From Basidiobolus meristosporus CBS 931.73 (Eukaryota > Fungi > Basidiobolomycota): a stretch of 64,000 bases of DNA. Numbering within the stretch: position 1 is the stretch's first letter; each line of letters opens with the position of its first letter. Positions 24,101 through 36,860 of this stretch are shown here, in pieces. The stretch is from positions 124,001 through 188,000 of the forward strand of contig MCFE01000026.1 of NCBI GenBank assembly GCA_002104905.1, in the 5' to 3' direction. The position numbers and the translations under genes are program-made. A model generated the notes under the pieces. It ran no database searches. It saw only the letters and a program-made list of their open reading frames with translations, and was not told the origin of the DNA.

Positions 24101-27100
24101 AGACCATCAGCAAGGTCCCAAAACCACTCCCATGGCACTGCAATTGATGTGATTCCACCCAACACACTAGGAAATATTGCACTGAGCTCAGCTAGATGCT
24201 AAGGGAAGGAACAGTTACATTCAACATGGATGGCATGTTGACTGACAAAGAAGGCAGGAGAATACCAACTAACTTCCAGAAAGGTGGTATGAGAGTGCTG
24301 TTCAACAACCCAGACACTACCACCAGAAAGATCACAGTTGAGGTCCTTACTCAGTCTTGCCAGTATGACCCCAAAAGCATCAAGAAGCACAAAGTTGATA
24401 CATATGTTACTAAAAGACATCTTGCTGAAGAGCCAGTAAGACCCTCCTCACAGAAGCCTAGACACAGAGAACCAGAAATTGTTATTGTGCAGAGAGCTGG
24501 TGGCCACCCTGCTCAGGAGTCCCCACCCAACTTCCAGATGACATCAAAGGTAGCTGGCTACTCAAGCCCCCAACAGATAACTGAGAAGGCACTAAAACAG
24601 AACCTCACACTGTCTGTTGGTGAGATCATGAGTGTTTCCCCATCTGCTAGAAAAACATTTGATGAACACCTTTGTATAAGATGTCATCAAGTAGAGCATA
24701 TGGACACAAATATCATCCAGATAAGCCATAACAGTCATTCAAAGCCTACAGATGAAGCTTAAGAGAGTACCTTCTACTCTGTTGCCACAACTGTTGTGAA
24801 AGGATATATCCAGGCAGAGGAGTTGGAAGACTACAACAACCAATAGTTCAACATCTGGATATCCTCACTGGGGTTAAAAGAGTAAACAGTCATAGTGAGG
24901 ACCAAGTACAAAACAGTTGACCAAAAGATAAAACCTTCACTTGCCCCTTTAGCTGATGGATCTAGACCCTCTAACTACACCATGCCCCCAACACACATCC
25001 CTCAAAATATACGGCTTACACCAGAGGGACTCAACCTACTTACTATTGGAGATGGAAACCTATCAACCCAGGAGATTCAACTATTTGAACATACTCCAAG
25101 AAAGCATGATAAGGTGTTTGCCTATAGCAATCAAGAGATGGGACTACTGAAGACCTCAGTAGAGCAACCAATCTGAATACACACAGTACCACATACTCTG
25201 TGGTCATTCAAGTCCTACCCACTACCCAAAGGATTACAAAAGGCATGCATGAGCTACTCAAGCAGAAGATTGATGCAGGATCTCTTGAACCCTGTAATGG
25301 GCCATATGAAAACTGGTGGTTTGTGACAAAGAAGAAAAAAGGGAAACTTCAATTTATCCAGGACATGCAGCCAGCCAATGCTGTAACTATCTAAGATGCT
25401 ACCATCCCTCCATCTATTGATGAATTTGCTGAATGCTCCAGTGGTCATTCTATTCACTCCACATATGACCTGTATTCTGGCTATTACAAAATTCCGCTTG
25501 ATGAGACATCAAGAGATATGTTTGCCCTGCAGACACCATTGGACTTTTACGTATGACAAGACTTAGTCCAGGAGCTACCAGTTCTATTGCACAGCTTCAG
25601 AGACATATGTCTAATGTGCTATACCAGTTGATCCCTGCAAAACTTGCAGTCTTTGCTGATGATAATGGCATCAAAGGCATAAGAGTCAAAGATGTGACAG
25701 AAGTTATGCCAGGGGTTTGAAAGCTTGTATATGACCACATTCAAGACAATGATGCTATCCTTGGTGCCATGGAAGATGCTGGACTCACTATCAGTGGAGT
25801 GAACAGCAGCTTTGGTGTATCTGAGATACCTATTGTGGGTCAAAAATGCAACTCAAGTGGCAGGACACCCGGAGACTCCAGGACACAGAAGATATGCACC
25901 TGGCCAACCACTGCAAATCTTATCCAAGCATGTGGGTATGTTGCTGCTTGCAGGTTTTTTAGGATTTGGATCCCCAGATTTTCTGAGATTGCAGAACCTA
26001 TATACCAGCTACAAAGGAAGTACACCCCATTTGTTTGGGGTGAAGATCAAGAAGAAGCTATGCTACACCTAAAAGAAGCATTGGTGTTACCACTTATATT
26101 AAGACAACTGGACTATAAGGATGCACTTCATCCACCAATACTCACAGTGGATGCTAGCCCTATTTGAGCTGGTACTCTACTTAGACAAGATGACCAAGAT
26201 GGAAACTGCTATGCTTGAAGAAATGAAAGTTGCCTGTTCTCACCTAAAGAACAAAGATACTCCCAGATTCAAAGAGAACTTTGTGGTGTTGTTAAGATGC
26301 TAAGGAAACTCAAGTCACAGCTTTATATGACCCACTTCATCCTTGAGACAGATGCACAGCCATTGATAGGCTTGATCAACAAGCTTGACTTGCTGGATGA
26401 TGCTACCAATAGGTGGATGGCATGCCTGAATATGTCTGACTTTGAGGTTAAACACCCCTGGAAAGTCCAATGTTGTTGCTGATGCCCTATCAAGGAGAGG
26501 ACCTCAGCTATTTGAAGATTTGGACCCTGACTTGGATGACATAATTAATGCAGAAATCTGACAAATACATGCAAAGAAGCCCAGCAACTCTACATGGAAC
26601 ATTATCCAAGACTATCTGAGAACCTTAGAGATGCCACCAGGAATGAACCCACGTGATTTCAGAATACTAAGGAAGAAGGCCCACTGTTTCTGCTTGAAGG
26701 ATGGCCTCCTCATCAAATGAGTAAAGCCTGTGCAGACACCAAGGATAGTTATAGTTGAGCCCCAGGAACAACTGACTATTATGTCAAGCCTTCATGAAGG
26801 AAGACCTGGTGGTCATAGAGGAAGAGATGCCATTTACAATAGTGTTTCCAGTTGACATTACTGGGAGCATATATATCATGATGTCCAACACTTTATTGAA
26901 TCTTGTGACATTTGCCAAAGAAGGTCAACCAAGCAATACAAGGAACCACTCCATCCAACCTACATACCTTGTCTATGGCAGAAGGTTGGCATTGACCTGG
27001 TCCACATGCCAACTGCTGGAACCAAGAAGTACCTTGTTGTTGCCAGAGATGATCCAAGTGGATGGGTAGAAGCTTGAGCTCTGTCCAATAACAAAAGCCA

Positions 27101-28254
27101 CACAATATGGAGATTTATCTTGAAGATATAATATGCAGAATTGGCTGCATCAGCCAGTTTGTGACTGACCAAGGAGATATGACTTCAAGTTTGATCCAGG
27201 AACTCTGCTCACAATACAAGATTCATATTTCATTCACCACCACCAATCACCCACAAGCCAATGGAATGGTTGAAAGAGGCCATAGCCTACCGGTTAACTC
27301 CCTAGTCAAGAGCTGCAAAAACATGACACTACAGTGGCCTAGATGACTTCACCTAGCACTCTGGGCAGATAGGATCACTACAAAACATAGCACAAGCCTA
27401 TCTCCATTCAAATTGCTTTATGGACTCAATTGCATTCTTCCAGTAGAGCTTGACTCAGCATCATGGAACATGCTAGAGTGGAGAACTACCATGAGTACAG
27501 AAGAACTACTGGCTACATGCATCAAATAGCTTGATCACCATGAACTTGATATTACCAAAGCAGCTGCTATTCTCAAAGAGACAAGACTTCAGAACAAGGA
27601 ACCATTTGACAAGTCACATAGCCTTAGACCCAAGCTGTTACAGCAAGGAGATCCAGTTTTGCTCTATGATTCCACTTTAGACAAACAGTGGAGCTGCAAA
27701 TTTGACAATAAGTGGTCCGGCCTATTTATTATCTACAAGGTGATTGGAAATGGAAGCTACTACTTATCTGAACTTGTTGAAACACCGCTAAGAGTACCTG
27801 TGGCAGGAAACAGACTTAAACTAATTAAGCACCGGAATTCTGCATATCTCATTTAGTTTGCTTTGACCTGAGTTCAAACCTGAGGGGGGGGTGGATGTAG
27901 TGGGGTCAGAGTGACACCCCCAGGCAGATGTGCTCATTCCCATATGCTCACTTCCCTAAAAAGAATTACCCTCCCTATATTAGTAACATCCCAAATTGCA
28001 ATATTTTCTATCTGTCTATATGATTATTACTATGTGACCTGGCAAACTATTTCTCACTATTAACCCATTGCACAAGTTATTCCTATCCCTTGCTAAGACG
28101 CCAAGATAAGATAGGTACCATATAAGGCAAGTATCCCCAACAGTGCCTATGTCATGTGACAATCCTGGCTTCATAACCCTCCTATTCTACTACCATATGA
28201 GGTAACTGCATGACATAGAGGTTTCTTATTACCACTATCTGATTGGCTAGGTAC

Positions 28255-28603
28255 CATTGTAAAAATTTGTAATGCCACCTAAATATTAACCTAACTTGGT
28301 CACTTAGATCATTACCTTCAAATCCTAGAGAATACTGACAAAATCCCTTGTTGGGATTTACTTGGAATATTTTCACCAAAATGCCAGGTACCCACAATAT
28401 GAAAATTCTCAAAGTTGTCCAAACAGCCTCAAACTTTGCACACATGTTCTTGGGACCTTCCGTAACCTATTCTGCATGTTTGTAGTGCCAAGACAATGTA
28501 AAAGTATAAATACTACTTTTACATTCAATAAATCATTAAGTACAAACCACATAATCTACTTGTCCTCCAAATCAATTCCAATATCTCCAAGACTCTTACA
28601 ACA
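28255..28603 (+). repeat. Solo family B LTR inside the 3' LTR of gypsy C
   Basis: 349 bp with a perfect TSD GGTAC; removing it restores GATTGGCTAGGTACTACTAT as in the 5' LTR-C. Confidence 0.93.
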
Positions 28604-29264
28604 GGTACTACTATGTCTCATGGAGCAATCTGCCAAGGGTGTGAGCTATTTTTAGTACACAATGACATGATTGGCTCTCTATTACCTTCTGGAAACTTCT
28701 GGAAGGTATTTTCTAGTAAGAATTTGAGCAGCAAAAAAGTATAAAAGTGAGGCTATCCCTTACAAATAAATCATCCCTCTTCCAATATTCCATCTTATTG
28801 ATTAGTGAGATCACTGCTACCTATTACCACTATTTTCTGACTCAGACCTGACAACACTCTCAGAAAACCATGCTGGCAGCAAACTGACCTTGGAGGCACT
28901 ACTTATGAGGAATACTCAGAGTAGGTATATTTTATTATATTTGATTGTTATCCCAAGCTTGTTCTTATACAGGCAAAGATACTTTTCAGTCTTTGTAACT
29001 ATTGGTCAAAGCTGCATTCCTATCAAGTCCCTGTTGGTGGAGTTTACAGCTGTTCTAACTTTGAAAGCTTTAGTATACTGTCATCTCAAAGGATGTTGAA
29101 GCCAGTTTAAACTTTTGTTAAGATGCCAACTAAGTTGGGGATTGTAGTTCAATAGTTTTCCCCTGACAAGCTTGAGGCTTTATCCCTCTTCACACTAGAT
29201 TATTAAGAGACCCAGTACTTCTAGCCAGCTTTTGCCAGAGGTTATTGCACCTGGTGAACACCCC

Positions 29265-29288
29265 CACACACACACACACACACACACA
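29265..29288. repeat. (CA)12 microsatellite in 3' LTR-C
   Basis: The other two LTR-C copies have only a short interrupted CA run at this position (~23198, ~32948). Confidence 0.85.
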
Positions 29289-31029
29289 CTTAAGAAGTGT
29301 TGGCTGAATTTTGCCCTTTGGACTTATACACCACCACGGAGCCAATAAGAAGGAAAAAGAAAACACTTTAATAAGTATTGATAACCAACAAAGGAGGTAC
29401 CCAAGACCCTACAAAGGCAACAGCAACCTGTTTTGCAACTACTGCAAAAGGAAAGGACACACATTGGAACAGTGTCTCAAAAAGAAAGATAATCAGCAAA
29501 AAAAGCCTGAATATGAAAATGCTGCAACAACTGAAGGTACACTATTCATATCTGCACTAAATATGACCAAAAACAAGTATTCTCAGATGTGGTATATTGA
29601 CTCTGGGGCATCTTAACACTTTACACACCAAAATGAATTACTCAATATCAAGAAATTCCAAATAAAAAGGTTTTTATGGATGACAATAGAACACTTGATG
29701 CAGTGGGAGAAGGAACTATCCAGGTAAACCCAAAAAGCAGTGAAGGAAGCCATACATTAACCTTTAAAGAAGTACACTATGTACCAGAAATAGCCAAGAA
29801 CCTACTATCTGTAAGCAAGGCCACAGCAGAAGGACTCTTGTTCAGCTTTGACAATTCTGTATGCAGGATCACTGATCAGAATGATGCCCATCTTGCTTTG
29901 GGTATCAGAGATCAAATCTATACTGGTAGACCTATGTTCCATAATATCTGGAAGCCAATGCAAGTAATGTAAATGAAGAAACACCAATGCTTTGGCACAG
30001 AAGATTTGGACACATCACTTTTGATTATTTGTGCAAAATAACCAAAGATCAGCTAGTTTCCAGAGTAAAAATTGATCCCCCAGCTAGTTTGGAGCACTGT
30101 AAAGCCTGCATATATGGGAAACAAGCCAGACAACCATTCAAGAGCACTGGGTTAATCAAAACTAAGAAAAAATCAGATCTAATTCACTCAGATCTGTGTG
30201 GATCTATGCAAATTTTATCCTTAGGTAGGGTAGAGTATTTAATCACTTTTATTGATGATTACACAAGATACAAGAGGGTCTACTTCATGGAGAGAGAAGA
30301 AGAATCTCTGTCTAAGTTCATGGAGTTCAAAGCCATGGTGGAGAGAGAGGCTGGTGAAAAAATCAAGAAAATGCTCTCTGACAATGGTGGAGAATATACC
30401 TCAAAATTCTTCATCCACTTCTGAAAAATTCATGGGATAAGGCAATAGACTACTGTACCATATTCCCACAGCAAAATGGAGTAGCAGAGCATGCTAATAG
30501 ATCAATAATTGATATGGCAAGATCTAAGATCTATGATCAAAAATTATCCTATAATTTTTGGGTGGAATCAGTTGCCACAGCTGTATACCTTAAAGATAGG
30601 AGTTATAACAGAAAACTTTGTGATTCTACTCCATTTGAAGCATGGTATGACTACAGACCAAGTGCAGAACATCTAAGAATATTTGAGTGTACAGTATATC
30701 CCTATGAAAAGTCATTGAGATGATCCTGTCAAAAGGCTGTCACAAAGTGAAAGTCCTGTGACTAAGAGGTACGGATCTTGTCAAGACACCATCCAGAGAC
30801 TGTTGAAAAATAATTGCACCCCAGATTTCACAAAAAACTTAGCAAAAATATTTCATCATAACAATGTATAAGTGGCTTTTGATTGGTTCCCTGCCAATTT
30901 GCTCACCTACTGATCCTGGACACTCTATTGCCTCCTATGTTTGTGTGAATTGATTGGCTGTTGCCTCTTTTTCACACTCCTTACTTCCAGACTCAACTGT
31001 TTCTCTTACTTTTCATGCATACAAATTGA

Positions 31030-34000
31030 TTTATTTCCATTGAAACTTCAGTTGTACCTCAATTGCCAATTGTATTGACCTATGCAAGTCCCTATACCCT
31101 ACACTAACATTAAGCCCAACCCCACACTCAACAAGTAACTCCATTAAAATCCACCACTCAATAAGTATTTCTGCTGTAATGCTCTTGTTCCACAACATTG
31201 GCAGGAACCCAAAGGCTTTATGCCACTGTTCATTCACTGGTTCCCACATATCCTGGTCTTCAGCCGGCACTGCAAGGTCTAGCTCCTCATCTGCCAGTCT
31301 TTGCAATAAATCCGTGCAATATTCCAGTGAGTTTTCTTGAGCACTGCTCTTGAAGTAGTGTTGCAACCTCTTGGTGTGCCTATTGATGTTCCAAAACTCT
31401 ACTGAAGGCATTGTGATAGTCTTTCAAGCTCTTGACATTATAGCCTTGTCTGCCAGTGGGATCTCTACTCTGTCAACAATGGAGGCTGTGGAGGCTGTGG
31501 TAGGCAAATTGCCTTTTTCAGCAAACTCATCTACCTTGCTGGAGTGTAGCTCAGCTGGCTGTACTTCCAACTTTTGTGAAAACAGCTGCTTTCTTGTTGG
31601 TAATTCTTCTTGGCTATGATGCAATTCAGTCTGTTCCTGGCTTGCAGCATTAATTGGCAAGAACTGCAGTTTTTTTTGCATACCTCCCTGTCTCAGGCCT
31701 AGGTAGACATATTTGCCTTTACCTTTTCCTTTATCACCACCAGGTCTTCCACTGCTACTTTGTCTGAGTGCTTCTTGTAAAGAACTACATTTTCTCCTGG
31801 ATAAGTTCTGCTCTAACACATCTGTTTTGGCCTGCTTGTCCCTTGCTGGCACTCTTCTGGCAACCTGATGTTTCTTTTCAGCTTGTTTTGAGCTCTCAGC
31901 TGTAGTTGTGACCGGCTCCTGTAAAAGCGGTGTAGTGGGGTCACAGTGACACCCACAGGCAGATGTGCTCATTCTCATATGTTCACTTCCCTAAAAAGGA
32001 TTACCCCCCCCCCTATATTAGTATCATCCCAAATTGCAATATTGTCTATTCTGTCTATGTGATTATTACTATGCAACCTGACAAACTATTTGTCACTATT
32101 ATCCCATTGCACAAGCTATTCCTATTCCTTGCCAAGATACCAAGATAAGATAGTTACCATATAAGGCAAGTACCCCCAACAGTGCCCATGTCATGTAACC
32201 ATCTTGGTTTCATAACCCTCCTATCCTACTACCATAAGAGGCAACCACATGACACAGGGGTTTCATATTACCACTACCTGATTGGCTAGGTGCTACTATG
32301 TCTCATGGAACAATCTGCCAAGAATTTGCGCTATTTTTAGTACACAATGACATGATTGGCTGTCTACTACCTTCTGGAAACTTCCGGAAAGTATTTTCTA
32401 GCAAGAAATTGAGCAGCAAAAAAAGTATATAAGGGAGGCTATCCCTTAAAACAAATCATCCCACTTCCAATATTCTGACTTATTGATCAGTGAGATCACC
32501 ACTGCCTATTACCACTATTTTCTGACTCAGACCTGACAACACTCTCAGAAAACCATGCTGGCAGCAAACTGACCTTGGAGGCACTACTTATGAGGAATAC
32601 TCAGAGTAGGTATATTTTATTATATTTGATTGTTATCCCAAGCTTGTTCTTATACAGGCAAAGATACTTTTCAGTCTTTGTAACTCTTGGTCAAAGCTGC
32701 ATTCTTATCAAGTCCCTGTTGGTGGAGTTTACAGTTGTTTTGACTTTGGAAGCTTTAGTACATTGTCATCTCAAAGGACATCAAAGCCATTATAAACTTT
32801 TGTTAAGACGCCAACTAAGTTGGGGATTGTAGTTCAATAGTTTTCCCTTGACAAGCTTGAGGCTTTATTCCCCATCACATTAGATTAGACAAAAGACCCA
32901 GTATTCCTAGCAAGCTTTTGCCAGAGGTCATTGCACCCAGTGAACACCCCACACACATTCACACTTGAGAAGTGTTGGCCGTATTTTGCCCTTTGGACTT
33001 ATACACCACCACAGCAGCTGGTTTTTATCACTGCCAGGTCCTTCACTACTACTTTGACTGGGTGCTTCTTGAGAGGTACTACACTTTTTCCTTGATAAAT
33101 GTTGTGCTGGTGCATCCATGTCTGCCTGCTTGTCCCTAATTGACACTCTTCCAGCTGCCTGACGTCTCTTTGATGCTTGTCTAGAGCTTTTGGCCCTGCT
33201 TGTAAAGGGCTCTTGAGGAAGTTGCTGGCTTTTAGCCAGGGCACCCTTGTTCTTCTGCCTCTGATAGTTTCTGCTATTCTTGAGATACTTTCTTAGCATA
33301 CCAATGCTGGCCCAAAATCTGTTTGCCCATTTGAATCCAGGATAATGCTCATGGAACAAGTCAAGTGCATTCTGCTTGGCCTTGATTTCCTGATGGTCCC
33401 ATGGTATGCTGGCCTTAAGGTGATGGCATGCTAGACTTCTGACAGCCTCTTGTATATTAGCCCACTCTTCATTATTGCACTCAATGGCTTCATGGATCTT
33501 CAATGTCTTTTGATTTTTAGGCTTTGGTATAAACACCACATTGTCTCCCTCCCATGCTGATAGGTTTTTCTGTGGGCTTTATCTTTAGGCACTGTTGTTG
33601 TGCTTCAAAGACTGTATGGTGTTCCTCTGCTATTACATTGGGAAATGGCTCAATTCTTGGCTGTGACATTAAGCTACTTGAGTTCCTTCTTTGCAGCAAA
33701 GATACTTCTTTCTCTACTTGGGATAATGATTGCTCTACACATATTATCTGCTCATCCTGTTTCTGGACTATTTCCTGATTTCCCTGGGCCATTACATCTT
33801 TCCTATCAGCCACTGCACCTATTGCTTCATTAATGCTTTGGTATGAGCTGACAACATACTTGCTAATATGGGTGGTGGTGATGTTATCATGGCCACTTGC
33901 TGATCTCTAACTGAGGGTACTGCGTTTGCTAAATTCTCATCTGCCTGAGCATAACAGTCAGCTTGTGGCTCCACAGAGGTTCTCAGTTGCCTATTTGACT

Positions 34001-34094
34001 GAGAGCCTGAGGAGTCCGCATTGTTACCTTCAATGGGCACACTGTCCACAGGGCCTTTTTTGGATGTAGGCCTGCTTGTTGCACTGAATGTCAA
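31030..34094 (-). pseudogene. Accessory ORF of family D (unrecognised, TnpA-position protein), split by solo LTR-C
   Basis: ORF pieces 33819-34094, 33517-33813, 32928-33539, 31424-31930 and 31031-31411 are homologous to 12690-14525 on the plus strand. Confidence 0.6.
31931..33013 (+). repeat. Solo LTR of gypsy family C
   Basis: 1083 bp with TG..CA ends, matching 22187-23261. 4-bp TSD GCGG/GCAG; removing one copy restores ungapped alignment with 13741-13770. Confidence 0.93.
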
Positions 34095-34428
34095 AGCAAG
34101 CTGTTGTCCAACTGCTCTTCTATTGCTGTCAGTGTGGGGTTTGGTTGAGAACCAGACAACTTTGCTTTATTTTTTGGCAACATATATATGGAAGTGAGCC
34201 AAACCCAAGGGGAAATAGTGTTACATATAAGTGTGTATGTGGTGCCACAACTTTATTTATAATGCTTACTGTGGTGGGTCATCATTTAATCTTACATTCA
34301 TGTAGGTGCAATGTCTCAAATACAAGACTGTCTTAAGTTCACATGAGTATTGACCAAAAAGTGATATAATAGCATTACGGTGTTGAAGGTCAAACTGTTT
34401 GCCCCATGGACAAGACTACTTTGACCCA

Positions 34429-36700
34429 ATGCCATAAGAGAAGAGAAAAAGACCATGTGGCAATTGTGGCAAGCCTTTCAGCCATGAAGCACACAGACAG
34501 CATAGGAAGTACTACAAGGATCACAGCCAGTGTTTTGCCACCCAATTCATATTTGACCATTCATTGGTCACTACTGTACCAACATTATCTTGCCAGCCAG
34601 TTGATACCTCTATATTGGCACCTGGCTGTCTTTGTCACCTTGCACAAAATGAGTGAGGTGAGTTTGTGATGCCTTTAGGCTCACCTCAGCCTTCTGAATA
34701 TGGCATGCAGAGTGAGAGCTCTGATAAAGAAGGTCCACTGATGGATTTTGAGCCTATCTCCCCTAACAGCAGTACCATGTATGAGCCTGGTCAAATCCCT
34801 ATATGCAATGAGACAACACCCATTGAAACAAATGCCAAGGATACTTTATGGAGCCAAGTGAGCCCAGTAATCCATCTACTGGTGAATGATGTAATGTTGT
34901 GGCTAGAGAAGTGGTGCGTATCCACTAATATCAGTAATGGTGGCTTTGAGGATTTATTACTACTTCTTGCCAAAATCATACCAGGATGCAGCTTACCATG
35001 TACATGGTACAAGTGGACAATTGTCATGTGGCTGGCAACATATGATCCAGATACTGTCCTGATTCCAGCATGTGTTAGCAGTTGCATGGCATTCACATCC
35101 AAAAATGCTACCATTGCAACATGTTCAAATTGTCAGGAATCCACCACCATTGAGGGAAAACATTGTTCACACTCCGGATATATTCCAGTCATACCCTGTC
35201 TGAGGAAGCTGATGCAGTCCAACAAATATTGCAAAGCTATACAGTACCACACTCAGTATCAATCAAGCACAAACATATCCAATATATTTGATGGCAAATA
35301 TTACAAACAGCTAAGAATCAAGGGCTACTTTGAAGGTATGTATGACCATGCCTTTGCTTTAGCACTTGATGGATTCTCATTAAACAAGTACTCTACCAGC
35401 AAATCCTGCTAGCCACTGATTCTCATCAATCTGAATCTGCCGCCCATCTTACGGTATCAGAGCAATAATCTGATGGTAGTCTCACTGGTATCTGGGCCAA
35501 AATCACCATCTAACCTGGATAGCTACCTGTATCCACTGCTGGATGAGTTTTGTATGCTTTCCAGCAGGATAATGTTAAATGGCCGTCATATAAAAGTGCA
35601 TATTATTTTCTGCTTTAGAGATACCCCAGCCATCAGCAAGATAGCAGGTTTTTCTGGGCACAATGGATGGTATTGCTGTCAAATGTGTGAGATCCAGGGG
35701 ATTTACTCTATAACTTGCACACATTAATATTACCCAAACACCAGCACTAAGAACATGTTCTTTCCACAGAGAGAATGTACAGAAGTATACATGCAATTGC
35801 AGCAAAGCTGGCAAGCTATAAGCCATTGGCTGGAACATGGAATCAATTAGAAACCAGAGATACTTAGGATAGAGGGTATCTGTTGGAGCAAAAGCTTTCC
35901 ACTGGGAGCAACGCATTTGCTTTTCAACAATATCCCTATACTGGTGACCAAGTTGCACATGGGGCATTTCAAGCTAAATGAGCCTTTCAAGATACCAGAG
36001 AAATTTGAAAGAATTGTCAAGATATTACAGAGTATCCTCTACACTAAGTACTTCCCACAGGCTCCAATGAATATTCATACACACATGCAACAATACAAAT
36101 GTTAAAGTATAAATACTACTTTTACATTCAATAAATCATTAAGTGAAAACCATATAATCTACTTGTCCTCCAAATTACATCTAATATCTCCAAGACTCTT
36201 ACAACAACCTATGCCTATGGCATTAAGAAGCTAAGCAGCCCCAATGTATGGGTAATCAGTTAAGTAATGCAAAGTTGGGTTGGGTGCAACAAGCAACTAA
36301 TTTTTATCAGGAAAACTCCACCAAGATATACCATATTTATTGTGGTCACAAACCAACTTCTACACCATTCAATACAGAATTCACACAAACAAAAGCCAGA
36401 GCACACCTATATGGGGGACTAGAATCCAGCAGGGAGAAGGAATATATTGGCTAAATACCAAAAGTTCTTTGCGGATATTCAGGAGGTATTCATGGAAGAA
36501 GTGGCAACAACCAAGCATTTGTTTGCAAGATGTATATGTTACCTGCAGTACAAGGTATATGGCAACTTTGCAAGTATCACACTAAAAAGCCATAAAGTTG
36601 AGGTGATAGAAGTATGTCAATTGTGGCAGGTGTGAGTGTTTGTAGAGGTCAGTAAGCAGGAGGCCATAGTTTTTTTTGATTCAAACTATATGTGGAATAC
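34429..36700 (+). pseudogene. Tnp2 (Transposase_21, CACTA/EnSpm) transposase, decayed
   Basis: N-terminal CGNCGKPF..H..H. Contains IPACVSSCMAF, CSNCQE, YIPVIPCLRKL, NIFDGKYYK, LALDGF, PLILINLNLPP.LRY..NNL, GPKSPSNLDSYLYPLLDEF and DTPAISKIAGFSGHNG.YCC..C. In-frame TAA/TGA stops and frameshifts. Confidence 0.88.
36099..36206 (+). repeat. 3' fragment of a family B LTR inside Tnp2
   Basis: Matches the last ~108 bp of 38471-38820. Confidence 0.85.
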
Positions 36701-36860
36701 CCAAGGTAGTAGTGGGTAAGCAAATAAAGAAAGGTGACTCTTCAGTGGAATATATGAATTGCACAAGGGGAGGTAGAAAAAGTAAATACCAGTATCAAAT
36801 GCACCAAGATCCAATTGGACAAGAAATAGCCCAAATTACTATATCAATGAGGGTACAAAC

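Larger units (their letters stand above)
22187..29338 (+). mobile_element. Ty3/gypsy family C inserted in copia B gag
   Basis: LTRs at 22187-23261 and 27896-29338. PBS TGGCACCCAACATGGGG at 23266. PPT GAGGGGGGGGTGGA at 27882-27895. 4-bp TSD GCGC/GAGC; removing the insertion restores ELRKASANKKEK in frame. Decayed gag, RT (WFVTKKKKGKLQFIQD), RNase H and integrase (HPQANGMVERGH). Confidence 0.92.
30700..36750. mobile_element. CACTA/EnSpm (CMC) DNA transposon, family D copy 2, inserted in copia B integrase; right end lost
   Basis: Begins CCCTATG (fits the CMCWR terminus) exactly where the integrase stops (FECTVY|). Subterminal GATC(C/T)TGTCA repeats at 30722 and 30774. Tnp2 transposase on the plus strand, accessory ORF on the minus strand. 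Confidence 0.8.
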
